A stretch of DNA of 64,000 bases, taken from Gammaproteobacteria bacterium. GTDB lineage: Bacteria > Pseudomonadota > Gammaproteobacteria > UBA4575. This document shows positions 8,132 through 17,897 of this stretch, piece by piece (the first letter of the stretch is position 1; the number at the start of each line of letters is the position of its first letter). The notes under the pieces were generated by a model. The model ran no database searches. It was not told the origin of the DNA and saw only the letters and a list, made by a program, of their open reading frames with translations. Both the position numbers and the translations under genes were made by a program. Location of the stretch: assembly GCA_965243395.1 (NCBI GenBank), contig CBDEUS010000002.1, forward strand, positions 832,001 to 896,000. Direction: 5' to 3'.

Positions 8132-9379
8132 ATGTCTAAATCTGATATTCAAAATAAACTTGCGGCGGCACGAACGCGATTAATTCTAGATAAACCTTTT
8201 TTAGGCGCATTAGTTTTGCGTCTTCCATTAGTTGCAGCTGATCCAACATGGTGTAAAGGTGCAACAACGGATGCTAAAAAGTTGTATTACAGCCAGGACT
8301 ATATTGACGCTCTTGATATTCAACAAACTCAATTTGTATTAGCTAAACAAGCATTGCACTGTGCACTTTCACATTTCGCACGCAGACAACATCGTATTAA
8401 ACATCGATGGGATTTAGCTTGCGACTACGCTGTAAACCCACTACTTATTAATGATGGGTTAAAAGCACCACCCGAAACACTGGTTGATGATGGGTATGAA
8501 GGTATGACTGCTGAGGAAATTTACCATTACATCGGTGATTTGGATAATGAGGATTCTGAATTTGATAAACAAGATGAGAATAATCAAGATGATGAACCTA
8601 ATCAAAACGGAGATGCGCAAAATTCTTCAAATGGTTCTGCCCAGCAATCTGAGTCACTATCATCAAGCTCATCAAATGATATAGATAATAATGAAGAAAA
8701 CGATAAACAAGAATTAGCACCGCAACCTGCAGAATTAAGTCCACAAGAGCAAGAAGAACTCTCTATTCAATGGCAACAACGCCTTGCAGGGGCTGCCCAA
8801 CAAGCAATGCAAGCAGGGAAAATGGGTGGTGCTATGCAACGTATGATTGATTTTATGTTGCAACCTAAGCTGCCATGGCGAATGTTATTGGCGCGCTATA
8901 TGACTGCAAGTGCACGCGATGATTACAGCTATGCTCGACCATCTTCGCGACGTGGTGATCCAGCTATTTTTCCAAGTTTACGCAGTGCACAAATTGATAT
9001 TGCGGTCGGAATCGATATTAGTGGTTCAGTGGATGACAAAGAAATGAGTGAGTTTCTCTCAGAAGTAAATGCGATCAAAGGTAATATGCGTGCCAGAATT
9101 ACATTATTGCCGTGTGATGCAAAACTTGCTGAAGGGGCACCATGGATATTTGAGCCTTGGGAAGAAATTAATTTACCGAAGTCTTTAAAGGGTGGGGGTG
9201 GAACAGATTTTTGTCCAGTATTTGAGTGGTTGGATTTTCAAGATCAAAATCCAGACTTGCTTGTATACTTTACAGATTGCAAAGGTTCTTTTCCTAAAGT
9301 TGTACCAAGTTATCCTGTGATCTGGTTAGTTAAAGGTAAAGATGATGTTCCATGGGGGCAAAGAGTTCAACTTAATTAG
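8132..9379 (+). CDS. DUF2201-type metallopeptidase-like plus VWA domain protein
   Basis: ATTDAK..WDLACDYAVN N-terminal domain, acidic linker, MIDAS DISGS..GGGGTDF..YFTD. Confidence 0.88.
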   Translation: MSKSDIQNKLAAARTRLILDKPFLGALVLRLPLVAADPTWCKGATTDAKKLYYSQDYIDALDIQQTQFVLAKQALHCALSHFARRQHRIKHRWDLACDYAVNPLLINDGLKAPPETLVDDGYEGMTAEEIYHYIGDLDNEDSEFDKQDENNQDDEPNQNGDAQNSSNGSAQQSESLSSSSSNDIDNNEENDKQELAPQPAELSPQEQEELSIQWQQRLAGAAQQAMQAGKMGGAMQRMIDFMLQPKLPWRMLLARYMTASARDDYSYARPSSRRGDPAIFPSLRSAQIDIAVGIDISGSVDDKEMSEFLSEVNAIKGNMRARITLLPCDAKLAEGAPWIFEPWEEINLPKSLKGGGGTDFCPVFEWLDFQDQNPDLLVYFTDCKGSFPKVVPSYPVIWLVKGKDDVPWGQRVQLN

Positions 9380-9434
9380 AGCTTCTTTTGTGATTTGATA
9401 ACGAAGCTTAAATGTTCACTAAAAATTATTAGCA

Positions 9435-10541
9435 ATGCAGCTCTCTAGTGAAGATCAATTGCGTCTGAATGTTTTGGTTGCTCAGCCATTGCAAGCTGTT
9501 CGTATTGATGAATCTCGAATGTGTGTGCATGTGTTATCGGAGAAAGGCGATGCAAGTGTGCAACTTAATCCTACTTGTAAAGATGAAAGATATATTCGTT
9601 TAGTACGCCAGTTTTTATCAACACATTATTTGGGCTCGCCTGGTGGCTATCCTGTTTTTTTACGTCGTTGGACGCGAATGGGGCAGGCGCGTGATGATAG
9701 TTTAGAAAAATTATTATTAATAGGAGAACCAGAAGCTGTAGCTGCAGTAGTACATGCCTCAGGATTAACGGACGAATTAGCTAGACGCGCGTGGTGGTCC
9801 AGTGCTACCGCTGAAAATGCTCGACGTATGCTAGAGAAAGAATGTGTTGTAAACGGTGAAATGGGAAAAGAACTAGCGCAATTTTTAATTGAGTTTTTAC
9901 CATTTGAGGAACAACAAAAATCAATTATTGATAGTGTTCGTCTGGTGCTACAGCCTGGTTTAATTAGCAATGAAGTGCGAGAAGAAATTTGGAAAAGGGG
10001 CAAGCGGAAAAATACTTACTATGTAGGATTTTTACAGCAAACCCCAAATGATTTGCCTATTGAAATGCCAGCACATAAACAATGGCAATTGCTAAACGAA
10101 AAATTACAGTCGGAAGTTAATCAGGGAAATGAAATTGCTGAACTATTGATTTTAGTGTTAAGCCCAAGCGGTCAGGCTTTTTTGCAAATTGCGGAGCTTG
10201 TTTTAAATAAACCTAATGACCAGGATGCCGTTGCAATAATACTGAACAGCATAGGACAGTATTTTAATAAGTTTAATGCTGGTCATTGCAAATGGCGTGA
10301 TATTCATGAGTTAGCAGCTTATGCGAATGACAGCTATCATACTCATGAAGAGGTTCGGAAGATTCTAGTAATAGATAATTCATTAGAATCTAAGCTAAAA
10401 GCATTATTCATTTTATCGATGATATCTGAAACACTCGTAGACCCAATTTTTGGTATGACTGATGCCATAGGTTCTGTGATGAGAAAAAAGATCCAGCATG
10501 TTGTAAATCCCATCACAGAAAATATGCAGTTGCTTAGATAA
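9435..10541 (+). CDS. dsrS: Sulfur oxidation protein DsrS
   Basis: MQLSSEDQLRLNVL..AVRIDES..LGSPGGYPVFLRRWTRMGQ..LLLIGEPEAVAAVV signature. Confidence 0.85.
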   Translation: MQLSSEDQLRLNVLVAQPLQAVRIDESRMCVHVLSEKGDASVQLNPTCKDERYIRLVRQFLSTHYLGSPGGYPVFLRRWTRMGQARDDSLEKLLLIGEPEAVAAVVHASGLTDELARRAWWSSATAENARRMLEKECVVNGEMGKELAQFLIEFLPFEEQQKSIIDSVRLVLQPGLISNEVREEIWKRGKRKNTYYVGFLQQTPNDLPIEMPAHKQWQLLNEKLQSEVNQGNEIAELLILVLSPSGQAFLQIAELVLNKPNDQDAVAIILNSIGQYFNKFNAGHCKWRDIHELAAYANDSYHTHEEVRKILVIDNSLESKLKALFILSMISETLVDPIFGMTDAIGSVMRKKIQHVVNPITENMQLLR

Positions 10542-10551
10542 AAATATACCC

Positions 10552-11985
10552 ATGGACTATTTGCCCCTATTTCTTGATATTAAAAATAAGCCTTGTTTGA
10601 TCGTTGGAGGAGGTGTCATAGCGGAGCGAAAAGTCTCCATTCTTTCACGTGCTCAAGCAAAAATTACCTTAATCGCACCAGAGATCACTCAGGAAATTCA
10701 ACATAAGTGCAATGAAAGCAAACTGGATTGGCAGCAAAAAGAATTTGAAGCAAATGATTTGCAAGACTTTCAAATTGTGATTGCAGCAACAGATAACCAC
10801 AAAGTAAATTTAGAAGTAGCAGAACTTTGTAGAAAGAAAAATATTTTAGTTAATACCGCTGACGATAGTAAAAATTGCGACTTTATATTGCCATCAATAA
10901 TTGATCGTTCTCCTGTTCAAATCGCTGTTTCAACAGGTGGCGCGTCTCCTGTGCTTGCAAGAATGTTGCGTACTAAATTAGAAAATTGCACGCCTGCATC
11001 TTATGGAAGCTTAGCTAAGCTCATCGAAGACAATCGCGTCAAAGTTAAAGAAAAATTATCTACTATTGATAAAAGAAGAAAGTTTTGGGAAAAAGTATTA
11101 CAAGGACCAATTGCAGAGTTGGTGTTTGCAAACCAATTAACTGCAGCTCAAAAATTATTAGAAGACACAATTAGTCAAGCTGATAATAACGAACTACCTC
11201 AAGGTGAAGTGTATTTAGTAGGTGCTGGGCCAGGAGACCCTGACCTTTTAACATTCCGAGCATTGCGCTTAATGCAACAGGCAGATGTTGTGGTTTATGA
11301 TCGTTTGGTGTCTCAAGAAATTATGGACTTAGTAAGAAAAGATGCTGAGCATATTTATGCAGGCAAAGAGCGCTCACAACACACACTACAACAAGAAACG
11401 ATAAATGAACTTTTGGTGCGTTTAGCTAAAGAGGGAAAACGGGTATTGCGGCTAAAGGGGGGCGATCCATTCATCTTTGGTCGTGGCGGAGAAGAAATTG
11501 CATCTCTTATAGACGAGAACATTCCATTTCAAATTGTTCCAGGTATTACCGCAGCTGTGGGTTGTGCGGCGTATGCAGGTATACCCTTAACACATCGTGA
11601 ATATTCTCAGGCAGCCATATTTGCTACGGGGCACCTTAAGGATGGTACCGTAGATTTGAATTGGGAAATGTTAGCTCATTCTAATCAGACTTTAGTTTTT
11701 TACATGGGCTTACATGGGCTTGAAATAATTTGTGATAATTTAGTAAAGCATGGTCTTAGTAGTGACACACCTGCTGCATTAGTGATGCAAGGTACGACTG
11801 AAAATCAAAGAAATATTATTGGAACTATTGAAACTCTACCAGGGCTTGTTGAAAGGCATGATGTTAAACCACCCACTTTGGTTATTATTGGTGAAGTTGT
11901 GAAACTTCATGAAAAGTTAAACTGGTTTAAACCAGAAGAAGATATAACCGCAGGAGCTGTGAAAGCATTTGGTGCAAAAACATAA
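10552..11985 (+). CDS. cysG: Multifunctional siroheme synthase
   Basis: MDYLPLFLD..VGGGVIAERK dehydrogenase/chelatase domain and GEVYLVGAGPGDPDLLT..RLKGGDPFIFGRGGEE methyltransferase domain. Confidence 0.96.
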   Translation: MDYLPLFLDIKNKPCLIVGGGVIAERKVSILSRAQAKITLIAPEITQEIQHKCNESKLDWQQKEFEANDLQDFQIVIAATDNHKVNLEVAELCRKKNILVNTADDSKNCDFILPSIIDRSPVQIAVSTGGASPVLARMLRTKLENCTPASYGSLAKLIEDNRVKVKEKLSTIDKRRKFWEKVLQGPIAELVFANQLTAAQKLLEDTISQADNNELPQGEVYLVGAGPGDPDLLTFRALRLMQQADVVVYDRLVSQEIMDLVRKDAEHIYAGKERSQHTLQQETINELLVRLAKEGKRVLRLKGGDPFIFGRGGEEIASLIDENIPFQIVPGITAAVGCAAYAGIPLTHREYSQAAIFATGHLKDGTVDLNWEMLAHSNQTLVFYMGLHGLEIICDNLVKHGLSSDTPAALVMQGTTENQRNIIGTIETLPGLVERHDVKPPTLVIIGEVVKLHEKLNWFKPEEDITAGAVKAFGAKT

Positions 11986-11994
11986 TTAAGTATT

Positions 11995-12654
11995 TTAATT
12001 ATCAGATATTGCACTTTCTTTTATATTAATTTTACCGTTCTTTACTTGAATAAAGCCATCTTGCTTTAAGTCGTGGATAACACGGCTTACTGTTTCGCGT
12101 GAAGAAGCTACAAGGTTGGCAATATCTTTGTGTGTTAATCCTTTTACAATCCTTCGTCCATCAATATTAATAGAATGATCCAGTAGCGCGCGTACAACCC
12201 TTCGATGAACATTATTAAGTGCAAAATTCTCTAAATCGTTTGTTAATTTTTTAATGGTTGTTGCCATGCTGAGCACAATTTTTTGTGCAGCTTTTGGGTT
12301 GTTACTGTAGAACTCGATAAAATCGTTTTTATTAATTATTAAGACTTTGCATTTGTTTTTTGCAAGAATACTAGCTGTTCTAGGGGTATTACAAAATAAT
12401 GCAAGCTCTCCAAATGTATCGCCTTCGTTAATTTCATTTAGTGTAACTTCTCTTCCCTGTTCGTTTTCTATATATACACGAACGCTGCCTTCTAAAATAA
12501 AATATACAGAAGTAGACTCATCACCTTCAGTCAAAATGATTGTGTTTTTTGCATAATTTTTAATACGCAATTTGTTTGATAAAGGCTCTAGTTCTTCCTT
12601 GGAAAACTCTAGAAAAAAGGGTATTTGTTGGAGAGCATTTAATTTAGTATTCAT
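11995..12654 (-). CDS. Crp-family transcriptional regulator
   Basis: cNMP pocket FGELALF...PRTAS; HTH LTHKDIANLVASSRETVSR; no Fnr Cys cluster. Confidence 0.93.
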   Translation of the reverse strand: MNTKLNALQQIPFFLEFSKEELEPLSNKLRIKNYAKNTIILTEGDESTSVYFILEGSVRVYIENEQGREVTLNEINEGDTFGELALFCNTPRTASILAKNKCKVLIINKNDFIEFYSNNPKAAQKIVLSMATTIKKLTNDLENFALNNVHRRVVRALLDHSINIDGRRIVKGLTHKDIANLVASSRETVSRVIHDLKQDGFIQVKNGKINIKESAISDN

Positions 12655-12665
12655 AATTCGAATTC

Positions 12666-14537
12666 TTAGTGAGTAAAATTATTTAACGCAAGATCAACCA
12701 CAGAATGAACCTGAGAGTTGAAAGAATCTAAAGTTGAAGGTGTTAAATACAAGCTGCCATTTTCAGTCCAAGAGTCAGATAATAAATGGCGAGTATTTCT
12801 CTCTATAACTGCTTCTGAATTGCAATTATAAACTACAAGCGAACTTGAATGAGTCCAGTTAGTAATTGACTTAGCAACTCGTACGCTGGCCACATAGTCT
12901 GCTTCATATACATCACAGTGTTCAGAATCTAAACTATTTAAGTCGTCAGAGTCTGTTGGAGGACTAAGCAGTACAAAGTTAGTTTTATAAGCTTGAAAAG
13001 CCGAATCTGCTAGAGCATTTTTATATAAATTTACAATATTGCTGTTGATAATTTTTTTATTATTTGTAGTTTTATGGGGAAGAGTTGGTATATACGCATA
13101 TACGACTACCTTTTTTTCCTTAGGAATAAACTCTTTTTTATAATAACCAGGCTCCGCTAATTTGCTCTGTGGTATTGGGGCACTTTCGTTTTTATCGGGT
13201 TTGCAAAATAACTCCTCTCTAACGGAGCCATTTATGCTTTCTAATGTTTGAGGTTTGACACCTTTGTTAGAGTAAATCGAGCAATTTATTTGATCTTCAT
13301 TGTTTTCAATTGGCGTAGGGTTTGATTCTATTATATCAATAATCTGTTGCCGTACAGGATTATACTCTGCGTATAAATTTTCATAAGTACTTAATGCTTG
13401 ATCAGAGATTACTTTATCGAGTTTAGTAAGTAGATTTTTATTTGCTTCGATTAGAATTCTATTCTTATTTGTATAATTCCTTATTTGTTCATTCTTGATA
13501 TTTAACTCATCCTCTACTAATAGAAATCTTTTTCTTATATCTTCTTGTTGTGCGATAAGTTTTTTATTTTGTGCTTCTAATGTGTTAAGAGTTTCTATTT
13601 GAGATTTGTACTTTAGTGTTAGTTGATTTTGTAAATATTTTTGTGTGTTAAGTTCGTTATTTAAAGCGCTGATCATTTTGTTGAAAGTATCAACACTGTA
13701 GTTCCTGCTATTTCTAGCAGCTAAATTGGATTCATTAACGTTAAACCGGTAAGTATCATTAGTTTTAATTGTTAGTGAATTTTTATTATTAGAAGTCTTA
13801 TCATGGTTATCTTTAGAATTTTGACTGGCTTTTGAGAATATATAATTAGTATTTGTCTTTTCTGTTCCTATATAGAATGCAATAAAAACAACGCAAAATA
13901 TTGAAATTGCATAGGTAAAAATCGGAAGAAATGAACTTTTTAATTTGAATGAAAAGTCAGAAAAAATTTTTATTTTTGTTACTGAATTATTTTGCTTAAG
14001 AGATACGCTATAGATTTTGAGAGATTTGTGAATATTTTTTAAACGATGCTTGCCTTTATAGCAATATTTATAAGGTAATTTGCGGTGAACATGGTTGAAT
14101 AGGGTTTCGGAAAAAATTATTTCTCCTGGTTTTGCAAAAGCTTCTAACCGTTTAGCAATGTTTACACAATTACCAAATGCTTCTCCATTGTCAATTAGCA
14201 CTTCACCACAATTAATACCAATTCTTAATTTAAATTTTTCATTGCTCGAGAGAGTCTCATTGTGTTCAGATGAGATAGATTGAATATCTATCGCGCATTG
14301 AAGTGCATTAGAAGTCGATGTAAATGTTGCAAGAAGACTGTCACCTTCAGTTCTATGGATCACACCACAATGGTGACGAATTATGTTAGATATGAGTGAA
14401 TATCGCGCACATAAATTCGCGTGAGTACGGTCTTCATTTTTTTCTGTCAATCGAGCGTACTCAGCAACATCTGCAAACAGAATCGTTTTTAATTCACGAT
14501 GAGTAGATCCTTGTGGAGCCCCATTCACGTTAATCAT
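12666..14537 (-). CDS. Membrane-anchored class III nucleotidyl cyclase with coiled coil and C-terminal extracytoplasmic domain
   Basis: ILFADV, RTEGDS, LRIGINCG, FGNCVNIAKRLE; TM helix near residues 203-223; heptad-rich middle. Confidence 0.88.
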   Translation of the reverse strand: MINVNGAPQGSTHRELKTILFADVAEYARLTEKNEDRTHANLCARYSLISNIIRHHCGVIHRTEGDSLLATFTSTSNALQCAIDIQSISSEHNETLSSNEKFKLRIGINCGEVLIDNGEAFGNCVNIAKRLEAFAKPGEIIFSETLFNHVHRKLPYKYCYKGKHRLKNIHKSLKIYSVSLKQNNSVTKIKIFSDFSFKLKSSFLPIFTYAISIFCVVFIAFYIGTEKTNTNYIFSKASQNSKDNHDKTSNNKNSLTIKTNDTYRFNVNESNLAARNSRNYSVDTFNKMISALNNELNTQKYLQNQLTLKYKSQIETLNTLEAQNKKLIAQQEDIRKRFLLVEDELNIKNEQIRNYTNKNRILIEANKNLLTKLDKVISDQALSTYENLYAEYNPVRQQIIDIIESNPTPIENNEDQINCSIYSNKGVKPQTLESINGSVREELFCKPDKNESAPIPQSKLAEPGYYKKEFIPKEKKVVVYAYIPTLPHKTTNNKKIINSNIVNLYKNALADSAFQAYKTNFVLLSPPTDSDDLNSLDSEHCDVYEADYVASVRVAKSITNWTHSSSLVVYNCNSEAVIERNTRHLLSDSWTENGSLYLTPSTLDSFNSQVHSVVDLALNNFTH

Positions 14538-14640
14538 TCTCTTTTTGTTCTGTTTATATTATTTGTATCATAGCACTAGGTGCTTGTTTTATATAATTAA
14601 ATTTCTGTTTAGAGCCAATAATATTAGTGCGGAACACTTT

Positions 14641-14681
14641 ATAAACTATTTATATAAATTTTATTTATATAAATAGTTTAT
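14641..14681. repeat. Perfect 19-bp inverted repeat with 3-nt loop
   Basis: ATAAACTATTTATATAAAT ttt ATTTATATAAATAGTTTAT. Confidence 0.85.
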
Positions 14682-14931
14682 TTCCATTTATCATATTAAA
14701 TTTGATGGAAGTCATAGTTAAATATCCCTTCGATATGTAATTCATATCTTATCGAATTCGCTTCAATTAAATACCGTTTTCCTCGTTTATACAAAATCAA
14801 GCATCACTAAAATTGTGTAGTAAATATCACAATTGATTCGTATGTATTTTCACTGATGCATATTCTTTATTTCGATTAAATATTTCCACTGCAAACATAA
14901 ACAAACGCGTTAAGCGTTTATTGGAAAGTAC

Positions 14932-15231
14932 GTGGTAAAAATATCTAATAAAATAATTTCTAGCTTATTTGTAAGCGCACTGACTTTTTTATTAATTCAG
15001 CCGACTTCTGCTGAATTACAAACACATTCAGAAAATAAAGTATTAAATATAGAAATTGCATATATATTAAATGGAGAAACTTTTTCTTGTAACGAGGATT
15101 ATTACTCACGCTCAAGATTTGATTATAAGTTTCACTATGTGTCCAGCATGAGATTCACGCTTTCCGACAAAGATTGTTTGCAAAACTTTTCGCGGTCATT
15201 TGAAAAAGAAATCTATGGTTCAAGTGACTAA
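14932..15231 (+). CDS. Small hypothetical exported protein
   Basis: Signal-peptide-like N-terminus ending TSA-E; two Cys; directly upstream of the porin. Confidence 0.5.
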   Translation: MVKISNKIISSLFVSALTFLLIQPTSAELQTHSENKVLNIEIAYILNGETFSCNEDYYSRSRFDYKFHYVSSMRFTLSDKDCLQNFSRSFEKEIYGSSD

Positions 15232-15279
15232 GCAAAGCTTGGGGAAACTAACTTTAAACATAAGTCGGAGAGATAAAAA

Positions 15280-16614
15280 ATGAAGAAAATTGGAATTTTA
15301 TTTGGAGCACTATTTATCATCACTCCTTTAACAGTGACTGCCGGTGTCGGGGGAGGGAATGCAAATTCAAACTGGACGATCTACGGATGGCAAAACTATT
15401 CATGGGAATTCGTTGATAACGACGCGCGAGAATTCGATCGTATTAAGGCGAATGCGGCTAATATAGGATTTGCAGCAACACTAAATACGGGTGTCTCCGT
15501 TGGCGGGACAGCTGTAAAAGCAAATGTCCAGTGTGAGCAATTTACATTTTATAATGAATTTGCAGGTGGAGGTGGTTGGTGTAACCGTAACTCTAAGTTA
15601 AGTCTTTCAGGTCCCTGGGGTGAAGTCGGTTTCGCTATCTGGTTGTTACCATTTAACGAAATGGTCGCACAGTGGGTGGACCCATTCTATGACGCAGGTG
15701 CAGATTCTCACACCTCGATAATGGGTACTCACGGTCTATCCGGTAACTTTTTTAATGGTGGCACATTTGATGACACAACTTTTGGAGGGGACTTCGACTA
15801 TTCAAATTACGCCGACTATGAAACCAGCTTTAACCGACGTCAGGAAAACTTGATTCATTGGTGGAGTCCTAATTGGAATGGTTTCAATGCTCGTTTTGCA
15901 ATTACTGCAGGGTTGCGTGATGAAACAGCGGGTCCAGATGGAGACCTAGATCCACAAATCATCTCAACGGGAATTTCATACACGACTGACATTGGTAATG
16001 ACAACCTCTGGCTTGCATTAACCTATGAAGAGCATGATGAATGGACTGCTGAAGCGAACAACCGTACTGCAGCTTTCGTAGCGGATCCTCCTAATACAGA
16101 TGCTACAGAGCCTGGCGCACAATTATCAGGTGCACCAGCGGATGGTACAGGTAGATGCTCAGACTCCGATGACGATGCTTGGCGTATAGCAGGACGTTAT
16201 ATAAAGGATTGGGGTAACGGACATTCCACTCAAATTTCGGCAATGTATGAGGAACTTTCATGGGAAACCGACTGTGACTTTGAGACTGTGTTCGAAGATC
16301 TTGAAGTGGATCATTGGATGATTTCTGGTAAGCACAACTTTCCGGGTCCATTAGACTTTCGGTTCTCATACATGGATGCAGACGAGTATGACTGCGGTGC
16401 TGGAGCAACCGCATGTGTTGAAGATGACTCTGATGCAATTGCATACAACATTGGTCTCTTCTATACGATGCCTGCTGGCACAGAACTTCGTTTAACCTAT
16501 TCTGAAGTGGACAACGAGGATAATGGTACGTATGACTTTGGTATTAAAGGCGCCGGCAATGCAAGAGGTGAAGACGTCGACATGATTGCACTCGGTATGG
16601 TTCAGTGGTTCTAA
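15280..16614 (+). CDS. Gram-negative general porin (acidic, Cys-containing)
   Basis: Signal peptide, TIYG first strand, NRNS..LSGPWGEV, SPNWNGF, C-terminal MVQWF; GGAG RBS. Confidence 0.9.
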   Translation: MKKIGILFGALFIITPLTVTAGVGGGNANSNWTIYGWQNYSWEFVDNDAREFDRIKANAANIGFAATLNTGVSVGGTAVKANVQCEQFTFYNEFAGGGGWCNRNSKLSLSGPWGEVGFAIWLLPFNEMVAQWVDPFYDAGADSHTSIMGTHGLSGNFFNGGTFDDTTFGGDFDYSNYADYETSFNRRQENLIHWWSPNWNGFNARFAITAGLRDETAGPDGDLDPQIISTGISYTTDIGNDNLWLALTYEEHDEWTAEANNRTAAFVADPPNTDATEPGAQLSGAPADGTGRCSDSDDDAWRIAGRYIKDWGNGHSTQISAMYEELSWETDCDFETVFEDLEVDHWMISGKHNFPGPLDFRFSYMDADEYDCGAGATACVEDDSDAIAYNIGLFYTMPAGTELRLTYSEVDNEDNGTYDFGIKGAGNARGEDVDMIALGMVQWF

Positions 16615-16677
16615 CTAAACTATAGCGTTAAGAATACTCCTCATAATAACTACAATATAGGAATTTACTCGAGCACT

Positions 16678-16709
16678 AACCGGGCTTTATTCAAAGCCCG
16701 GTTTTTTTG
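16678..16709 (+). terminator. Rho-independent terminator after the porin
   Basis: AACCGGGCTTT attc AAAGCCCGGTT followed by a T-tract. Confidence 0.9.
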
Positions 16710-16730
16710 TGCCCTGAACTCATTTAAAGC

Positions 16731-17876
16731 TTGATAGAATTGCAGTCAATAAAACAAATGACTGTAATGATGAGCAACTATAAAAGCATTTATTTAATTA
16801 TATTTATTCTATCCATCTCGAATGTATCAGCAGTCGAGTTAGAGCTTTACGTGGAAGATATACACCTTCCAGTCCTTGTTACTCATAATGATGAAGGCAC
16901 TAATTTTGTAGTCGAAAAAACAGGTAAAGTGTTTTCTTATGATAAGAATTTCAAAAATAAACAATTATTTTTAGATGCTACATCTATTGTAACTACATGG
17001 GGTAGTGAACAGGGTTTGTTGTCCATTGCATTTCATCCAAAATATTCTAAAAACGGATTTGTATATATTTTTTACACTGCAAAGAATGGTGATAACACAT
17101 TAGCGCGTCTCACGGTTGATCCAGCTAATTCAAAACAAGTTGATTTAAATAGTCTCGAGGTGCTTATTGCCCAAAAAGATCCTGCGTCAAATCATAATGG
17201 AGGTATGCTGACATTTGGTAAGGATGGATATTTATATTTGGGAATCGGTGATGGAGGTCGTGGAGGAGACCCTTGGAATAATGCACAAAATCTAGAAACG
17301 TTTTTAGGGAAAATGTTACGTATAGATGTGGATGATAATTCTGGTTATTCCATTCCCGACGACAACCCATTCGTTGACCAAAAAAATGTTTTACCTGAAA
17401 TTTGGGCATATGGTCTACGCAATCCATGGCGCCATTCCTTTGATCGTGAAACAGGTGATTTATGGATTGCAGATGTTGGTCAAAACAAATGGGAAGAGAT
17501 TCATTGGCAATCTGCTGAAAGTAAAGGTGGAGAAAACTATGGTTGGCGGTTAATGGAAGGTAACCATTGTTTCCAACCAAGAAAAAACTGTGATGATGGT
17601 AATCTGATCAAACCCGTTGCTGAATATTCACATAAACATGGCTGTTCTGTAACGGGTGGATACGTATATCGTGGTCAAGAAATTAAAGAACTATATGGTA
17701 AATATATATTTGGTGATTTTTGTACAGGGACAATTTGGATGATAGATGAAAATAATAGTTTTTTAATACAAGAGTTAATGAAGACTAATATCAAGATCAG
17801 TTCATTTGGCGAAGATATAAAGGGTGAACTTTATGTGTTGGATTACAGTGGCAAAATTTTTAAATTTGTTCCGTAA
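16731..17876 (+). CDS. PQQ-dependent glucose/sorbosone dehydrogenase family beta-propeller
   Basis: EQGLLSIAFHP, NHNGG..FGKDGYLYLGIGDGG, GKMLRID, YGLRNPWR; true start may be a downstream ATG. Confidence 0.92.
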   Translation: MIELQSIKQMTVMMSNYKSIYLIIFILSISNVSAVELELYVEDIHLPVLVTHNDEGTNFVVEKTGKVFSYDKNFKNKQLFLDATSIVTTWGSEQGLLSIAFHPKYSKNGFVYIFYTAKNGDNTLARLTVDPANSKQVDLNSLEVLIAQKDPASNHNGGMLTFGKDGYLYLGIGDGGRGGDPWNNAQNLETFLGKMLRIDVDDNSGYSIPDDNPFVDQKNVLPEIWAYGLRNPWRHSFDRETGDLWIADVGQNKWEEIHWQSAESKGGENYGWRLMEGNHCFQPRKNCDDGNLIKPVAEYSHKHGCSVTGGYVYRGQEIKELYGKYIFGDFCTGTIWMIDENNSFLIQELMKTNIKISSFGEDIKGELYVLDYSGKIFKFVP

Positions 17877-17897
17877 TAGTTAGGTATTAATATACCT

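Noticed and set aside
8560-8720. Low-complexity Asp/Asn/Gln/Ser stretch in the VWA gene as a repeat element
   Set aside because: Ordinary disordered linker typical of DUF2201 proteins; no nucleotide-level tandem repeat
11995-14537. Pycsar or CBASS anti-phage system
   Set aside because: The partner is a cNMP-binding HTH transcription factor, not a TIR or TM effector, and the cyclase has receptor-like topology
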